NCBI GenBank assembly: GCA_964614765.1
Contig: CAZTPK010000001.1
Location: 397 to 26,721, forward strand
Length of the DNA stretch: 26,325 nt
Direction: 5' to 3'
Origin: an uncultured Gammaproteobacteria bacterium
Lineage (GTDB): Bacteria > Pseudomonadota > Gammaproteobacteria > JAJPIJ01
Shown here: positions 1-10,995 of the stretch, in pieces
Layout of the letters: each line of letters begins with the position of its first letter
How positions within the stretch are numbered: position 1 is the stretch's first letter
Notes under the pieces: model-generated
Databases searched by the model: none
What the model saw: the letters and a program-made list of their open reading frames with translations, nothing else
What the model was told of the DNA's origin: nothing
Position numbers and translations under genes: made by a program

Positions 1-1
1 G

Positions 2-1003
2 TACAAGACGCAGGTCTTCGTCAATCACGAGGGCGACATGTTTCGCACGCGGCTGACGCATTCCATCGAGGTGGCGCAGATCGCCCGCACCATCGCCCGG
101 GCGCTGCGGCTGAACGAGGACCTGGCGGAGGCCATCGCCGTCGCTCATGACCTCGGCCACACGCCCTTCGGCCACGCCGGGCAGCGCGCGCTCAACGACT
201 GCATGCGTCCCTACGGCGGGTTCGAGCACAACCTGCAGTCCTTGCGCGTCGTCGACGTCCTGGAGGAGAAGTACGCCGAGTTCGACGGCCTGAATCTGAC
301 CTTCGAGACGCGCGAAGGCATCCTGAAGCGCTGCCCGCGGGGCAAGGCAGACAGTCTCGGAGAGCTGGGCAAGCGGTTCCTCAGCGGTGGCCAGCCGTCG
401 CTGGAGGCGCAGCTGACGAATCTCGCCGACGAGATCGCCTACAACAGTCACGACATCGACGACGGTCTGCGAGCCGGACTGCTTACCCTAGAGCAGCTGC
501 TGCAGGTGCCGGTCTTCAGGCAGCATTGCGAATCCGTGGTCGCGCGCCACCCCGCCCTCTCGCAACGCCGGCTGGCCTACGAGACCGTGCGCAGCATGAT
601 CGGCGCCCAGGTTACGGACCTGGTCGAGACCAGCCGCGAGCGCATCCTGGCGGCCGCGCCGGGGTCGATCGAGGAAGTGCGCGCGAGCAGCGCGCCGCTC
701 ATCGCGTTCTCCGATCCGATGCGCAGCGGGCTTAAGGAACTGAAGGATTTTCTCATGACGAACCTGTATCGCCACTATCGCGTCGTGCGCATGTCCAGCA
801 AAGCCGACAAGATCGTGCGCGAACTGTTCGCCGCCTTCATCGGCGATCCCCGGCTGCTTCCTAGCGCCACGCAATCCGCGGCGACTGCGTCCAGTGAGGA
901 GGCCGCGCGCGCCCAGGTCATTGCCGACTACATCGCGGGCATGACCGATCGCTACGCAATCGCGGAGTATGGGCGTATATTCACCCCAGGCGTACTGACC
1001 TGA
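2..1003 (+). CDS. dgt: Deoxyguanosinetriphosphate triphosphohydrolase (HD-domain dGTPase), 5'-truncated by the window edge
   Basis: Frame is open from base 2 ([24 protein letters not shown]), so the ORF-track Met at 38 is internal. Motifs [36 protein letters not shown] and C-terminal [11 protein letters not shown]. Confidence 0.95.
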   Translation, partial: YKTQVFVNHEGDMFRTRLTHSIEVAQIARTIARALRLNEDLAEAIAVAHDLGHTPFGHAGQRALNDCMRPYGGFEHNLQSLRVVDVLEEKYAEFDGLNLTFETREGILKRCPRGKADSLGELGKRFLSGGQPSLEAQLTNLADEIAYNSHDIDDGLRAGLLTLEQLLQVPVFRQHCESVVARHPALSQRRLAYETVRSMIGAQVTDLVETSRERILAAAPGSIEEVRASSAPLIAFSDPMRSGLKELKDFLMTNLYRHYRVVRMSSKADKIVRELFAAFIGDPRLLPSATQSAATASSEEAARAQVIADYIAGMTDRYAIAEYGRIFTPGVLT

Positions 1004-1032
1004 TCCGGGAGCGGCGGACGAATATTCGCGCG

Positions 1033-2589
1033 ATGCAGGCACATCCCGAGGACTTTGGACCCGAATCGCTGCCAGGGCCCGCCGCCGAAGCCGCGCAAGC
1101 GGACCGCCAGGGCTATCTGCTCACCGCCGCGCTGGCCCAGCGCATCGACCTCGTACGCCACCTGATCGATTTCAGCCGTCAGATCGTGCTGGTCATGGGC
1201 GACGAGGGCAGCGGCAAGACCTCGCTGCTACATCACCTGCACGCGACGGCGGCGGAGAACTGGCGGCTGGCGAAGGTAAACGCCGACCCGATGTGTGACG
1301 CCGACGCGCTCATGAAGCGGCTGGGCGCCGAGTTCGATCTCAACTTCACCGAGCGCGACGATCTGGAGCGCCGAGTCGAGGGCTTCGGCACCTTCCTCGC
1401 GACCGCGCGGCGGGCGCTGCTGGTGCCCGTGGTGCTGGTGGACGACGCGCATCTGTTGCCGGCGGACGCCTTGCTGCTGCTGCTGCGCCTGGCACAGCCG
1501 GAATCCGAGGCCCCGCACCTGCGGGTGGCGCTGTTTTGCGACTCCCGCATGACCCGCCTGCTGGGCAGCCCTCAGTTGCACGCGTTCAAAGACAGCCTGG
1601 TGCATACGGTGGAGATGGCGCCGTTCACGCTCGAGGACACGACGCGTTACCTGGCGACCCACTGGGCGGCAGTGGACCCCGACAGCGACCCCATCCTCGA
1701 CGAGGGCTACGTGCGCGAGGTCCATGTCGCCTCCGAGGGAATCCCGGGACGGATCAAGGCACTGGTGCGCACCAGCCTGTCGGACTCGGCGACCGAGGGC
1801 GTCACTGCCGAGGAACCATTGGGCGGGCGGCGCCTGCCATTGGCGTGGGCCGCCGCCGGCGGCGGGCTCGCCCTGCTGCTGGCCGTCGGCTTCTGGTTGG
1901 TTCAATCCGCACGTGAATCGGCCCCGTCTTCCGTCGCGCAGACGCCCATCGTTGAATCCGTTCCGGTCCCGACCGCCACCGAGGGCCCACCCGCATCCCC
2001 GACGGCGACGCTGCCGCCTGCAGCGACCGTGGCGGGCCCCGTGCCCCCGATCGTCGACTATCCGATGGTGCCCAACGTCGCACCGTCGTCACCTGCGTCC
2101 ACGGCGGTCACCAACCCGCCAGCCGAGCCCGAGGCGCCGCCCGCCGGGCAGCCCGCCCCCTTGCAGCGGGCGCAAGCGCCGCAGCCTCCGCCGGCGGCCG
2201 CCGCGGCGCCGCCACCGCCGGCCCCGGCTCGCGATAAGTCGACGCCGTCAAAGCCGGAAACCGCGCCGCAGCCGACGGCCGCCAAGGCCGCAGCGCCCAC
2301 GGGAACCCGGTGGCTCGAGGGCCAGCCGGGGGGCAATTATGTCGTTCAGCTCTATGCCACCTACCAGCGCTCCTCTGCCGAGCAGTTCATTGCCCAGCAC
2401 AGGCTCGGCGCGCAGGCCAAAGTCATCGCGACCGTCCGGGAGGGTAAGACCTGGTATGTGGTGATCTACGGCTCCTACCCGGACCGCACCCGCGCCAGGA
2501 ACGCCATCGGCGGCCTTCCCGACGGAGTCCGACGCCTGAGCCCCTGGGTGCGGAAGATCGCCGATCTGCGAGCCATCGCCGTGGATTGA
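1033..2589 (+). CDS. damX: DamX-like cell-division protein: N-terminal AAA ATPase, TM helix, Pro/Ala-rich linker, C-terminal SPOR domain
   Basis: Walker A GDEGSGKT, Walker B VLVDDAH, hydrophobic segment [24 protein letters not shown]-like end (YVVQL...[12 protein letters not shown]...PWVR). Position upstream of gltB matches the usual gammaproteobacterial order. Confidence 0.85.
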   Translation: MQAHPEDFGPESLPGPAAEAAQADRQGYLLTAALAQRIDLVRHLIDFSRQIVLVMGDEGSGKTSLLHHLHATAAENWRLAKVNADPMCDADALMKRLGAEFDLNFTERDDLERRVEGFGTFLATARRALLVPVVLVDDAHLLPADALLLLLRLAQPESEAPHLRVALFCDSRMTRLLGSPQLHAFKDSLVHTVEMAPFTLEDTTRYLATHWAAVDPDSDPILDEGYVREVHVASEGIPGRIKALVRTSLSDSATEGVTAEEPLGGRRLPLAWAAAGGGLALLLAVGFWLVQSARESAPSSVAQTPIVESVPVPTATEGPPASPTATLPPAATVAGPVPPIVDYPMVPNVAPSSPASTAVTNPPAEPEAPPAGQPAPLQRAQAPQPPPAAAAAPPPPAPARDKSTPSKPETAPQPTAAKAAAPTGTRWLEGQPGGNYVVQLYATYQRSSAEQFIAQHRLGAQAKVIATVREGKTWYVVIYGSYPDRTRARNAIGGLPDGVRRLSPWVRKIADLRAIAVD

Positions 2590-2607
2590 CGAACCGCCCG
2601 CGGCCGT

Positions 2608-2635
2608 TTTACATGGCGGGTGACCGAGATATAAT
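2608..2635 (+). promoter_or_regulatory. Sigma70-type promoter for gltBD
   Basis: TTTACA (2608-2613), 16-nt spacer, TATAAT (2630-2635). SD-like GAGGT at 2676-2680 precedes ATG 2688. Confidence 0.7.
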
Positions 2636-2687
2636 CCCGGCCCTTTTGTCCGCCGCTCATCGACACGAGCATCGCGAGGTCGAACCG

Positions 2688-5600
2688 ATGCAAGACTCAC
2701 AGAGACACGACGCGCCGTCCGAGCGCGCCGCCGGCGCGCCTGGCGCGCAAGGCCTCTACGACCCCGGCCACGAGCACGACGCCTGTGGAGTCGGCTTCGT
2801 CGTCAACATCAAGGGCCGCAAGTCCCACAGCATAGTCCAGCAGGCTTTGACCATCCTGCGCAACCTGCTCCACCGTGGCGCGTGCGGCTGCGAGATCAAC
2901 ACCGGTGACGGCGTGGGCATCCTCATCCAGATGCCCCATGCGTTCCTGTCCCGCAAGTGCAGGGAGATCGGCATCGACCTGCCGCCGGCAGGCCACTACG
3001 GCGCCGGCATGATCTTCCTGCCGCACGCGGAGGCCGAGCGCGGCTGGATCATGGCCGAGTTCGAGAAGATCATCCGCGAGGAGGGCCAGTCGCTGCTCGG
3101 CTGGCGCGACGTGCCGACCGACGATTCCTCGGTGGGCCCGACGGCGCGCGCCTGCGAGCCCACCTTCAAGCAGATCTTCATCGCACGGGCGGCAGGTCTG
3201 GACGATCTGGGCTTCGAGCGCCGCCTGTACATCATTCGCAAGCGCATCGAGATTGCCGTTCGCAACGCTGACCTGAGGGAGAAGGAGCTTTTTTACATCC
3301 CCAGCCTCTCCTCCCGGACACTGATATACAAGGGCATGCTGACGGGGCTGCAGATCGAGCCGATGTTCCCGGATTTGCTGGAGCCGGACGTCGAAACGGC
3401 CCTGGCGCTGGTGCACCACCGCTTCTCGACGAACACGTTCCCGTCCTGGCCGCTCGCGCATCCCTTCCGCTACATCGCGCACAACGGCGAGATCAACACG
3501 GTCCGCGGCAACACCAACTGGATGCGCGCGCGCGAGGCCATGTGCGCCTCGCCGGTATGGGGCGAAGACATCAAGAAACTGTTTCCCGTCGTCTACGAGG
3601 GTTCCTCGGACTCGGCGTGCTTCGACAACGTGCTGGAGTTCCTGCACATGTCGGGCCGATCGCTGCCGCATGCCATCCTCATGATGATCCCCGAGGCATG
3701 GAGCGGGCACGAGTCCATGGATGCCGAGCGCAAGGCGTTCTACGAGTATCACGGCTGCCTGATGGAGCCGTGGGACGGACCGGCCTCGGTCGCCTTCACC
3801 GACGGCACCGTCATCGGCGCCGTGCTCGATCGCAACGGTCTTCGCCCGTCGCGCTACTACGTCACCAAGGACGACATGGTGATCATGGCCTCCGAGGTCG
3901 GCGTGCTCGAGGTGGCGCCGGAGAACGTGCTCATCAAGGAGCGGCTGCACCCCGGGCGGGTATTCCTGGTCGACACCGCCCAGGGCCGCATCATCGACGA
4001 CAAGGAACTGAAGGCCGGGTTCGCCAGGGAACATCCTTATGCGGAGTGGCTGCAGCAGCACCACATTCCGCTGGAGTCGCTGCCCGAGCCTCCGCATGTG
4101 CCGGAGCCGGACCACGGCACGGTGCTGCAGCGCCAGCGGGCCTTCGGCTACACGCACGAGGACCTTCGGCTGCTGATGCTGCCGATGGCGAAGAACGGCG
4201 AGGAGGCCACCGGCTCGATGGGGACGGACGCGGCGCTGGCCGTGCTCTCGGACCGTCCGCGCATGCTGTATGACTATTTCAAGCAGATGTTCGCGCAGGT
4301 GACCAATCCCCCCCTCGACGGCATCCGCGAGGAACTGGTCACGCAGGTCGCGACACCGATTGGACCGGAGGGCAATCTGCTGCAGCCGGGCCCGCTCAGC
4401 TGCCGGCAGATCAAGCTGTCCAGCCCCATCCTGAGCAACGAAGACCTGGCGCGCATCCGCCATTTCGACAAGGAGGGCTTTCGCGGGACCACGATCTCCA
4501 TCCTCTACCCGGTCACCGGCGACGGCGAGGCGCTGGAAGAGGCGCTGGAGAGCGTCTGTGCACAGGCCGACAGGGCGATCGCGGAAGGCTGCTCGTATCT
4601 CATCCTGTCGGATCGCGGCATCAACGCGCAGCTCGCCCCCATCCCGGCGCTGCTAGCGGTCGCGGGCGTCCATCACCACCTGGTGCGGGCCGGCACCCGC
4701 TGCAAGGTGGGCCTGATCCTCGAATCCGGAGAGCCGCGCGAGGTGCACCACATGTGCACGCTCATCGGCTACGGGGCCGGCGCGATCAACCCGTACCTGG
4801 CGTTCGAGTCAATCGACGACATGATCCTGCAGAACATGCTGACCGGCACCGACACCAAGACCGCCTACAAGAACTACATCAAGGCGTGCAACAAGGGGCT
4901 GGTCAAGGTGATGTCCAAGATGGGGATCTCCACGGTGCAGTCGTATCGAGGCGCGCAGATCTTCGAGGCCGTGGGCCTGGACAAGGACTTCGTCGAGAAG
5001 CACTTCACGGGCACGGCCTCGCGCATAGGCGGCATCGGCATCGGCGTGGTTGCCGAGGAACAGCGACAGCGCCATCGCCGCGCATTCCCCGAGCGTCCGG
5101 CGGGCACGCCGGACCTCGATTGGGGCGGGGAATATCAGTGGCGGCGCGACGGCGAGTATCACCTCTTCAACCCCGCCACGGTGTTCAAGCTTCAGCAGGC
5201 GACCCGCACCGGCCAGTACCGCATATTCAAGGAGTACAGCCAGCTCATCGACGATCAGGACAAGCATCTCGCCACCCTGCGCGGCCTGTTCGAGTTCGAT
5301 CTGGCCCCGCAGCCCTTGCCTCTGGAGGAGGTGGAATCCGTCGAATCGATCTGCCGCCGCTTCCAGACCGGCGCCATGTCCTACGGCTCCATCAGCCAGG
5401 AGGCGCACGAAACGCTCGCCATCGCCATGAACCGCATCGGCGGCAAGTCCAATACCGGCGAGGGCGGCGAGGACCCCGAACGCTACAAGCCGCTGCCGAA
5501 CGGGGATTCCAAGCGCAGCGCCATCAAACAGGTCGCCTCCGGCCGCTTCGGCGTGACCAGCGAGTATCTCGTCAACGCCGACGATATCCAGATTAAGATG

Positions 5601-7283
5601 GCGCAGGGAGCCAAGCCCGGCGAGGGCGGCCAGCTGCCCGGCTCGAAGGTGTATCCGTGGATCGCCAAGGTGCGGCATTCGACCCCGGCGGTCGGCCTCA
5701 TCTCCCCGCCACCGCATCACGACATTTATTCAATCGAGGATCTGGCCCAGCTCATCCACGACCTGAAGAACGCCAATCCCAAGGCTCGCATCCACGTGAA
5801 GCTGGTCGCCGAGGTCGGCGTCGGCACCGTGGCCGCGGGCGTGGCCAAGGCGCACTCCGATGTCGTGCTGATCTCCGGGTACGACGGCGGCACAGGCGCC
5901 TCGCCCCTGACGTCGCTGAAGCACGCCGGCGTGCCCTGGGAGCTCGGCCTGGCCGAAACCCAGCAGGTGCTGGTGGCCAACAAGCTGCGCGACCGCATCG
6001 TCGTGCAGACCGACGGCCAGTTGAAGACGGGTCGCGACGTCGTCATCGCCGCGCTGCTGGGGGCCGAGGAGTTCGGCTTCTCCACCGCACCGCTCGTCGT
6101 CATGGGCTGCATCATGATGCGCGTCTGCCATCTGAACACCTGCCCGGTCGGCGTGGCCACGCAGGATCCGCGTCTGCGGGCCAAGTTCACCGGCAAGCCG
6201 GAGCACGTGGTCAATTTCTTCCGCTTCATCGCCGAGGAGGTGCGTGAGTGGATGGCGAAGCTCGGTTTCCGCACCATCGACGAGATGGTCGGCCGCACCG
6301 ACAAGCTGCACGTGAAGAAGGCCGTCGATCACTGGAAGGCGCGCGGACTGGACTTCAGCGCCATACTCAACCCGCCGCCTGTGCCCGCCGGCGTAGCGGT
6401 GCGTTGCGTGCGCGAGCAGGACCATGGTCTGGACAAGTCGCTCGACGTCACGACCATCGTGCCGTTGTGCCGCCCGGCACTCGAGGAAGGAAAGCCGGTT
6501 GAGGCCATCCTGCGCATCAAGAACATCAATCGCACCGTCGGCACCATCCTGGGCTACGAGGTCACCCGGCGCTACGGGGCGGCCGGCCTCCCGGACGACA
6601 CCATCAAGCTGCACTTCAGCGGCTCGGCCGGGATGAGCTTCGGCGCATTCCTTCCGAAGGGCATCACCATGACGCTCGAGGGCGACGCCAATGATTACAC
6701 CGCCAAGGGACTCTCCGGCGGCAGGATCATCGTCTACCCGCCCCGGCACTCGACGTTCGTGCCGGAGGAGAACATCCTGGTCGGCAACGCCGTGCTTTAC
6801 GGCGCGACCGCCGGCGAACTGTACCTTCGCGGGATCGCCGGCGAGCGGTTCTGCGTGCGCAACAGCGGCGCGCTCAGCGTGGTCGAGGGCGTTGGCGATC
6901 ACGGCTGCGAGTACATGACCGGAGGCCGCGTCGTGGTCCTCGGCGCGACGGGGCGCAATTTCGCCGCCGGCATGTCCGGTGGGGTGGCGTACGTGCTGGA
7001 CGTCAACGGCGATTTCCGCAGCCGGTGCAACACTGCCATGGTGGGGCTGGAGAGACTCGAGCAGGACGAAGACGTGGAGCTCGTGAAGGAGCTGCTCAAT
7101 CGACATCTGAAATACACCGGCAGCACGGTCGCCAGGAAGGCTCTCGCGAGCTGGCACGCCGTGCAATCGAAGTTCGTCAAGGTCATGCCCAACGACTACA
7201 AGCGCGTGCTGAGCGCGATCGACCACGCGCGCAAGAACGGAATTCCGGAGGACATAGCCGTCATGGAGGCCGCGCATGGGTAA
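2688..7283 (+). CDS. gltB: Glutamate synthase large subunit
   Basis: Propeptide then EHDA-CGVGF (N-terminal nucleophile Cys, codon at 2784), [41 protein letters not shown], 3Fe-4S motif [20 protein letters not shown] domain. Start set at ATG 2688 (SD and promoter upstream) rather than TTG 2586. Confidence 0.98.
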   Translation: MQDSQRHDAPSERAAGAPGAQGLYDPGHEHDACGVGFVVNIKGRKSHSIVQQALTILRNLLHRGACGCEINTGDGVGILIQMPHAFLSRKCREIGIDLPPAGHYGAGMIFLPHAEAERGWIMAEFEKIIREEGQSLLGWRDVPTDDSSVGPTARACEPTFKQIFIARAAGLDDLGFERRLYIIRKRIEIAVRNADLREKELFYIPSLSSRTLIYKGMLTGLQIEPMFPDLLEPDVETALALVHHRFSTNTFPSWPLAHPFRYIAHNGEINTVRGNTNWMRAREAMCASPVWGEDIKKLFPVVYEGSSDSACFDNVLEFLHMSGRSLPHAILMMIPEAWSGHESMDAERKAFYEYHGCLMEPWDGPASVAFTDGTVIGAVLDRNGLRPSRYYVTKDDMVIMASEVGVLEVAPENVLIKERLHPGRVFLVDTAQGRIIDDKELKAGFAREHPYAEWLQQHHIPLESLPEPPHVPEPDHGTVLQRQRAFGYTHEDLRLLMLPMAKNGEEATGSMGTDAALAVLSDRPRMLYDYFKQMFAQVTNPPLDGIREELVTQVATPIGPEGNLLQPGPLSCRQIKLSSPILSNEDLARIRHFDKEGFRGTTISILYPVTGDGEALEEALESVCAQADRAIAEGCSYLILSDRGINAQLAPIPALLAVAGVHHHLVRAGTRCKVGLILESGEPREVHHMCTLIGYGAGAINPYLAFESIDDMILQNMLTGTDTKTAYKNYIKACNKGLVKVMSKMGISTVQSYRGAQIFEAVGLDKDFVEKHFTGTASRIGGIGIGVVAEEQRQRHRRAFPERPAGTPDLDWGGEYQWRRDGEYHLFNPATVFKLQQATRTGQYRIFKEYSQLIDDQDKHLATLRGLFEFDLAPQPLPLEEVESVESICRRFQTGAMSYGSISQEAHETLAIAMNRIGGKSNTGEGGEDPERYKPLPNGDSKRSAIKQVASGRFGVTSEYLVNADDIQIKMAQGAKPGEGGQLPGSKVYPWIAKVRHSTPAVGLISPPPHHDIYSIEDLAQLIHDLKNANPKARIHVKLVAEVGVGTVAAGVAKAHSDVVLISGYDGGTGASPLTSLKHAGVPWELGLAETQQVLVANKLRDRIVVQTDGQLKTGRDVVIAALLGAEEFGFSTAPLVVMGCIMMRVCHLNTCPVGVATQDPRLRAKFTGKPEHVVNFFRFIAEEVREWMAKLGFRTIDEMVGRTDKLHVKKAVDHWKARGLDFSAILNPPPVPAGVAVRCVREQDHGLDKSLDVTTIVPLCRPALEEGKPVEAILRIKNINRTVGTILGYEVTRRYGAAGLPDDTIKLHFSGSAGMSFGAFLPKGITMTLEGDANDYTAKGLSGGRIIVYPPRHSTFVPEENILVGNAVLYGATAGELYLRGIAGERFCVRNSGALSVVEGVGDHGCEYMTGGRVVVLGATGRNFAAGMSGGVAYVLDVNGDFRSRCNTAMVGLERLEQDEDVELVKELLNRHLKYTGSTVARKALASWHAVQSKFVKVMPNDYKRVLSAIDHARKNGIPEDIAVMEAAHG

Positions 7284-8727
7284 GCCGACCGGATTCCTGG
7301 AGTTTCACCGCGCCAAGCAGCCATACCGGCCGGTCAAGGAGCGGGTGCTCGACTGGAAGCAGGTCATGGCCGCCTGGGCGGACGATGCCCTCAAGCAGCA
7401 GGCCGCGCGTTGCATGGACTGCGGTATCCCCTTCTGCCATCAGGGCTGTCCGCTCGGGAACCTCATCCCGGACTGGAATGATCTCGTCTACAAGAACCGC
7501 TGGCGCGAGGCCATCGACCGGCTGCACGCGACCAACAACTTCCCCGAGTTCACCGGAACACTTTGCCCGGCGCCATGCGAAGGCGCGTGCGTGCTCGGCA
7601 TCAACGACGACCCGGTGACGATCAAGGCCGTGGAGCTCACGATCATCGACCATGCCTTCAAGGAAGGCTGGGTGGTGCCGCAGCCTCCCGCCAGACTCAC
7701 GGGCAGGAAGGTGGCGATCGTCGGTTCCGGTCCGGCCGGCCTGGCCGCCGCGCAGCAATTGCGCCGGGCCGGTCACGAGGTCACTGTATTCGAGCGCGAC
7801 GATCGCATCGGCGGTCTGCTGCGCTACGGCATACCCGAGTTCAAGATGGAAAAGCGCGTGCTGGATCGGCGCCTGGAGCAGATGCGCGCCGAGGGCGTGT
7901 CGTTCCGGACCGGCGCGCACATCGGCGTGAACCTGCCCGTGCAGTCGCTGCGCAAGGACTTCGACGCCATCGTGCTCACGGGCGGGGCCTGCCATGCGCG
8001 CGACATCAACGTCCCTGGGCGCGAGTTGAAGGGAATACACCTGGCCATGGAATTCCTGACGCAGCAGAACCGCCGCTGCGAGGGGGACACGGTGCCGGAA
8101 AGCGAATCGATCACCGCCAAGGACAAGCACGTGGTCATCCTGGGCGGCGGCGACACCGGTGCGGACTGCATCGGCACGGCGCACCGTCAGGGCGCGAAGT
8201 CGGTGACCTCGCTCGAGATCATGCCGCGTCCGCCCGAGAAGCGCGCCGAGAACAATCCCTGGCCGGAGTGGCCGCTCATCTACCGCACCGCTTCGGCCCA
8301 CGAGGAAGGCGGTGAGCGGCTTTACGCGGTTTCGACCAAACGGTTCATCGGCGACGCGGAGGGCAACGTCAAGGCGCTCGAGCTCGTGAAGGTGGAGCTG
8401 AAGAAGGGCGCCGACGGCCGCATGTCTTTCGAAGAGGTGCCGGATTCGGTGCACACGATCCCGGCCGACCGCGTCTTCCTGGCGATGGGCTTCCTGGGAC
8501 CCGAGAAGGCCGGAATGATCGAGCAGCTCGGTGTCAAGCTGACCGATCGCGGCAACGTGGCGCGCGACGAGAACTGGATGACCAGCGTCCCGGGAGTGTT
8601 CACGGCCGGCGACATGCAGCGCGGACAATCCCTGATCGTGTGGGCCATCGCGGAGGGCCGATCCGCGGCCGCCGGAGTCGATCGATACCTGATGGGCTCC
8701 ACGGACCTGCCCGCTCCCCTGCCCTAG
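7276..8727 (+). CDS. gltD: Glutamate synthase small subunit
   Basis: [18 protein letters not shown] and CPAPCEGAC Fe-S motifs, FAD-binding [30 protein letters not shown]. Overlaps the gltB stop by 8 bp. Confidence 0.97.
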   Translation: MGKPTGFLEFHRAKQPYRPVKERVLDWKQVMAAWADDALKQQAARCMDCGIPFCHQGCPLGNLIPDWNDLVYKNRWREAIDRLHATNNFPEFTGTLCPAPCEGACVLGINDDPVTIKAVELTIIDHAFKEGWVVPQPPARLTGRKVAIVGSGPAGLAAAQQLRRAGHEVTVFERDDRIGGLLRYGIPEFKMEKRVLDRRLEQMRAEGVSFRTGAHIGVNLPVQSLRKDFDAIVLTGGACHARDINVPGRELKGIHLAMEFLTQQNRRCEGDTVPESESITAKDKHVVILGGGDTGADCIGTAHRQGAKSVTSLEIMPRPPEKRAENNPWPEWPLIYRTASAHEEGGERLYAVSTKRFIGDAEGNVKALELVKVELKKGADGRMSFEEVPDSVHTIPADRVFLAMGFLGPEKAGMIEQLGVKLTDRGNVARDENWMTSVPGVFTAGDMQRGQSLIVWAIAEGRSAAAGVDRYLMGSTDLPAPLP

Positions 8728-8862
8728 CCGCCGACAGGGCGCAGGCCCGCCGGAAACGGGTGCCGCGGGAGCGGACGCGCCCGCGGCGCCCGCGCCATCG
8801 CGACACCCCCTGCTCGTCCACATGCGACCGACAGCACGCATACATCGATTCCCCGCTGGACG

Positions 8863-8868
8863 TAGAAT
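8863..8868 (+). promoter_or_regulatory. Candidate -10 element for hemE (possible leaderless transcript)
   Basis: TAGAAT ends 7 nt before ATG 8876. No SD and no convincing -35 visible. Confidence 0.4.
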
Positions 8869-8875
8869 GGCCACG

Positions 8876-9934
8876 ATGACCGCACTCAAGAACGATCGCC
8901 TCCTGCGCGCGCTGCTGCGCCAGGCCGTGGACATGACACCGGTGTGGATGATGCGACAGGCCGGCCGCTATCTTCCCGAGTACCGCGCCACGCGCCGGCG
9001 CGCGGGCAGCTTCATGACCCTGTGCACGACGCCCGAGCTCGCCTGCGAGGTGACGCTGCAGCCCATCGATCGCTATCCGCTGGATGCGGCGATCCTGTTT
9101 TCAGACATACTCGTCGTGCCGCATGCCATGGGCCTGGGCCTGACGGTGAACGAAGGCGCGGGGCCGCGCTTCGAGCGCCCGGCGCGCACGGCGAGCGATA
9201 TCCGCGCCCTTGGCGTTCCCGACCCCGAGACCGAACTCCGCTACGTCATCGACAGCGTGCGCATGATTCGGCGCGAACTGCGCGGCCGCGTGCCGCTCAT
9301 CGGCTTCGCCGGCAGTCCGTGGACCATGGCCACCTACGCCGTCGAGGGCCAGAGTAGCAAGGACTTCCACCGCATCAAGACGATGATGTACCGCGAGCCG
9401 CGTGTGCTGCACGAGCTCCTCGACAAACTCTCGCGCGCGGTAGTCCTCTACCTCAATGCCCAGATCGCCGCCGGCGCGCAGGCGGTGATGGTGTTCGACA
9501 CCTGGGGCGGGGCGCTGTCGACGCCGGCGTACAGGGAATTCTCCCTGGGTTACATGCAGCGGATCGTGGAGGGCGTGCGCAAGGACAGCGAGGGCCGCCG
9601 CGTACCGTGCATCCTGTTCACCAAGGGCGGCGGGCAGTGGCTGGAGCTCATCGCCGAGACCGGCTGCGACGCCGCCGGGCTGGACTGGACCACGGACATC
9701 GGCGCGGCACGACGTCGCGTCGGCGATCGGATCGCACTGCAGGGGAACATGGACCCGGCGGTGCTGTTGGCGACCCCCGACCGCATACGCGAGGAAGTCG
9801 CCTCGATATTGAATGGCTTCGGCCCGCACCCGGGGCACGTCTTCAACCTCGGCCATGGCATCACACCGGACGTGGATCCCGAGAACGCCGGCGTCTTCGT
9901 CGAGGCCGTTCACAGCCTCAGCGCGAAACACTGA
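8876..9934 (+). CDS. hemE: Uroporphyrinogen decarboxylase
   Basis: [56 protein letters not shown]. Start is ATG 8876 ([13 protein letters not shown]); ATG 8867 is an alternative. Confidence 0.97.
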   Translation: MTALKNDRLLRALLRQAVDMTPVWMMRQAGRYLPEYRATRRRAGSFMTLCTTPELACEVTLQPIDRYPLDAAILFSDILVVPHAMGLGLTVNEGAGPRFERPARTASDIRALGVPDPETELRYVIDSVRMIRRELRGRVPLIGFAGSPWTMATYAVEGQSSKDFHRIKTMMYREPRVLHELLDKLSRAVVLYLNAQIAAGAQAVMVFDTWGGALSTPAYREFSLGYMQRIVEGVRKDSEGRRVPCILFTKGGGQWLELIAETGCDAAGLDWTTDIGAARRRVGDRIALQGNMDPAVLLATPDRIREEVASILNGFGPHPGHVFNLGHGITPDVDPENAGVFVEAVHSLSAKH

Positions 9935-9966
9935 CTCCGCGTGCGGCAACCCGGCCTATGTGAATT

Positions 9967-10995
9967 CTATCGCGCTCCGAGGACGTTCAGCGCCGGCTCG
10001 GACATCGCCGACAGTTGCTCCCGCAGTGCGAGCACGTGATCCTGCCAGTATCGCTGCGTGTTGAACCAGGGGAAATGCATGGGAAAGGCCGGGTCGTCCC
10101 ATCGCCGCGCAAGCCAGCCGGCGTAGTGAATCATCCGCAGGCTGCGCAGCGGCTCGATGAGCTGCAGCTCCGCGTAGTTGAATTCCGCAAACTCCTCGTA
10201 GCCGTCCAGGACCCTTGCCAGCTGCGCCACCATGTCGTCGCGATCGCCGGACAGCAGCATCCACAGATCCTGCACGGCGGGCCCGGTCATGCAATCGTCG
10301 AAGTCGACGAAATGCGGGCCGGCGTCGGTCCACAGCACGTTGCCCATGTGGCAGTCGCCGTGCAGGCGCAACAAGGCGAGATCGCCGGCGCGCCCGTAGC
10401 CGGCGCGGACCGACCGCAGTACGTCGTCCACCGTGCTGCGGTATGCGGCGAGCAGATCGGGCGGAACGAAGCCGTTGTCGATGACGAACCGGGATGGCCG
10501 CTCGCCGTACGCCTCGATGCTCAGCGTCGGCCGATGCTCGAACGCTGCGGCCCTGCCCACCGCATGGATACGCCCGATGAATCTCCCCAGCCAGGTCAGC
10601 GTCTCCGCATCGCCCAGTTCCGGAGCGCGCCCCCCCTTGCGTGGATAAATACTGAAGCGGTAACCGGCATGCCGGTGCAGCGTTCGCCCGTGGTGGTCGG
10701 CGATCGGCGGGACTGCCGGAATCTCGAGTTCGGCGAGCTGCCGGGTGTAACGGTGCTCCTCGAGGATCGCCGCATCGGTCCAGCGCCCGGGACGATAGAA
10801 CTTGGCGATGACCGGCGGCGCGTCCTCGATGCCGACCTGATAGACGCGATTCTCGTAGCTGTTGAGCGCGAGCAACCGGCCGTCGCAGCGCAGGTGCAGG
10901 CCCTCCACGGCGTCCAGGATGCATTCCGGCGTCAGTCCCGAGTACGGCGCCCGCGCGCCTGCGCCTTCCTCATCGACGCCCGGCGCGCGGCTCAT
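9967..10995 (-). CDS. srkA: Stress-response Ser/Thr protein kinase SrkA/RdoA (YihE), aminoglycoside-phosphotransferase-like fold
   Basis: LNSYENRVY, AKFYRPGRW, RLHGDCHMGNVLW, DFDD, AVQDLWMLL, FPWF. ATG at 10995 overlaps the lnt stop (ATGA); the ORF-track extension to 11283 lies inside lnt. Confidence 0.93.
   Translation of the reverse strand: MSRAPGVDEEGAGARAPYSGLTPECILDAVEGLHLRCDGRLLALNSYENRVYQVGIEDAPPVIAKFYRPGRWTDAAILEEHRYTRQLAELEIPAVPPIADHHGRTLHRHAGYRFSIYPRKGGRAPELGDAETLTWLGRFIGRIHAVGRAAAFEHRPTLSIEAYGERPSRFVIDNGFVPPDLLAAYRSTVDDVLRSVRAGYGRAGDLALLRLHGDCHMGNVLWTDAGPHFVDFDDCMTGPAVQDLWMLLSGDRDDMVAQLARVLDGYEEFAEFNYAELQLIEPLRSLRMIHYAGWLARRWDDPAFPMHFPWFNTQRYWQDHVLALREQLSAMSEPALNVLGAR

Noticed and set aside
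160-190. dGTPase motif GHAGQ instead of GHxGE
   Set aside because: I recall GHAGQ as a common variant in proteobacterial short dGTPases, so it is not evidence of inactivation.
1920-2310. Pro/Ala-rich low-complexity stretch in damX
   Set aside because: Expected flexible periplasmic linker of SPOR proteins; no discrete DNA repeat unit seen.
2586-2687. TTG-initiated extension of gltB
   Set aside because: It runs through the predicted promoter; the SD sits before ATG 2688.
8762-8787. GCCGCGGG/CCCGCGGC hairpin between gltD and hemE
   Set aside because: No U-tract and no second copy in the window, so it cannot be called a terminator or REP; such stems are frequent at this GC level.
2697-8934. 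Long antisense ORFs (588, 515, 557 aa and others) opposite gltB/gltD
   Set aside because: They are shadows of high-GC codon bias, lie wholly opposite well-supported genes, and show no recognisable motifs.
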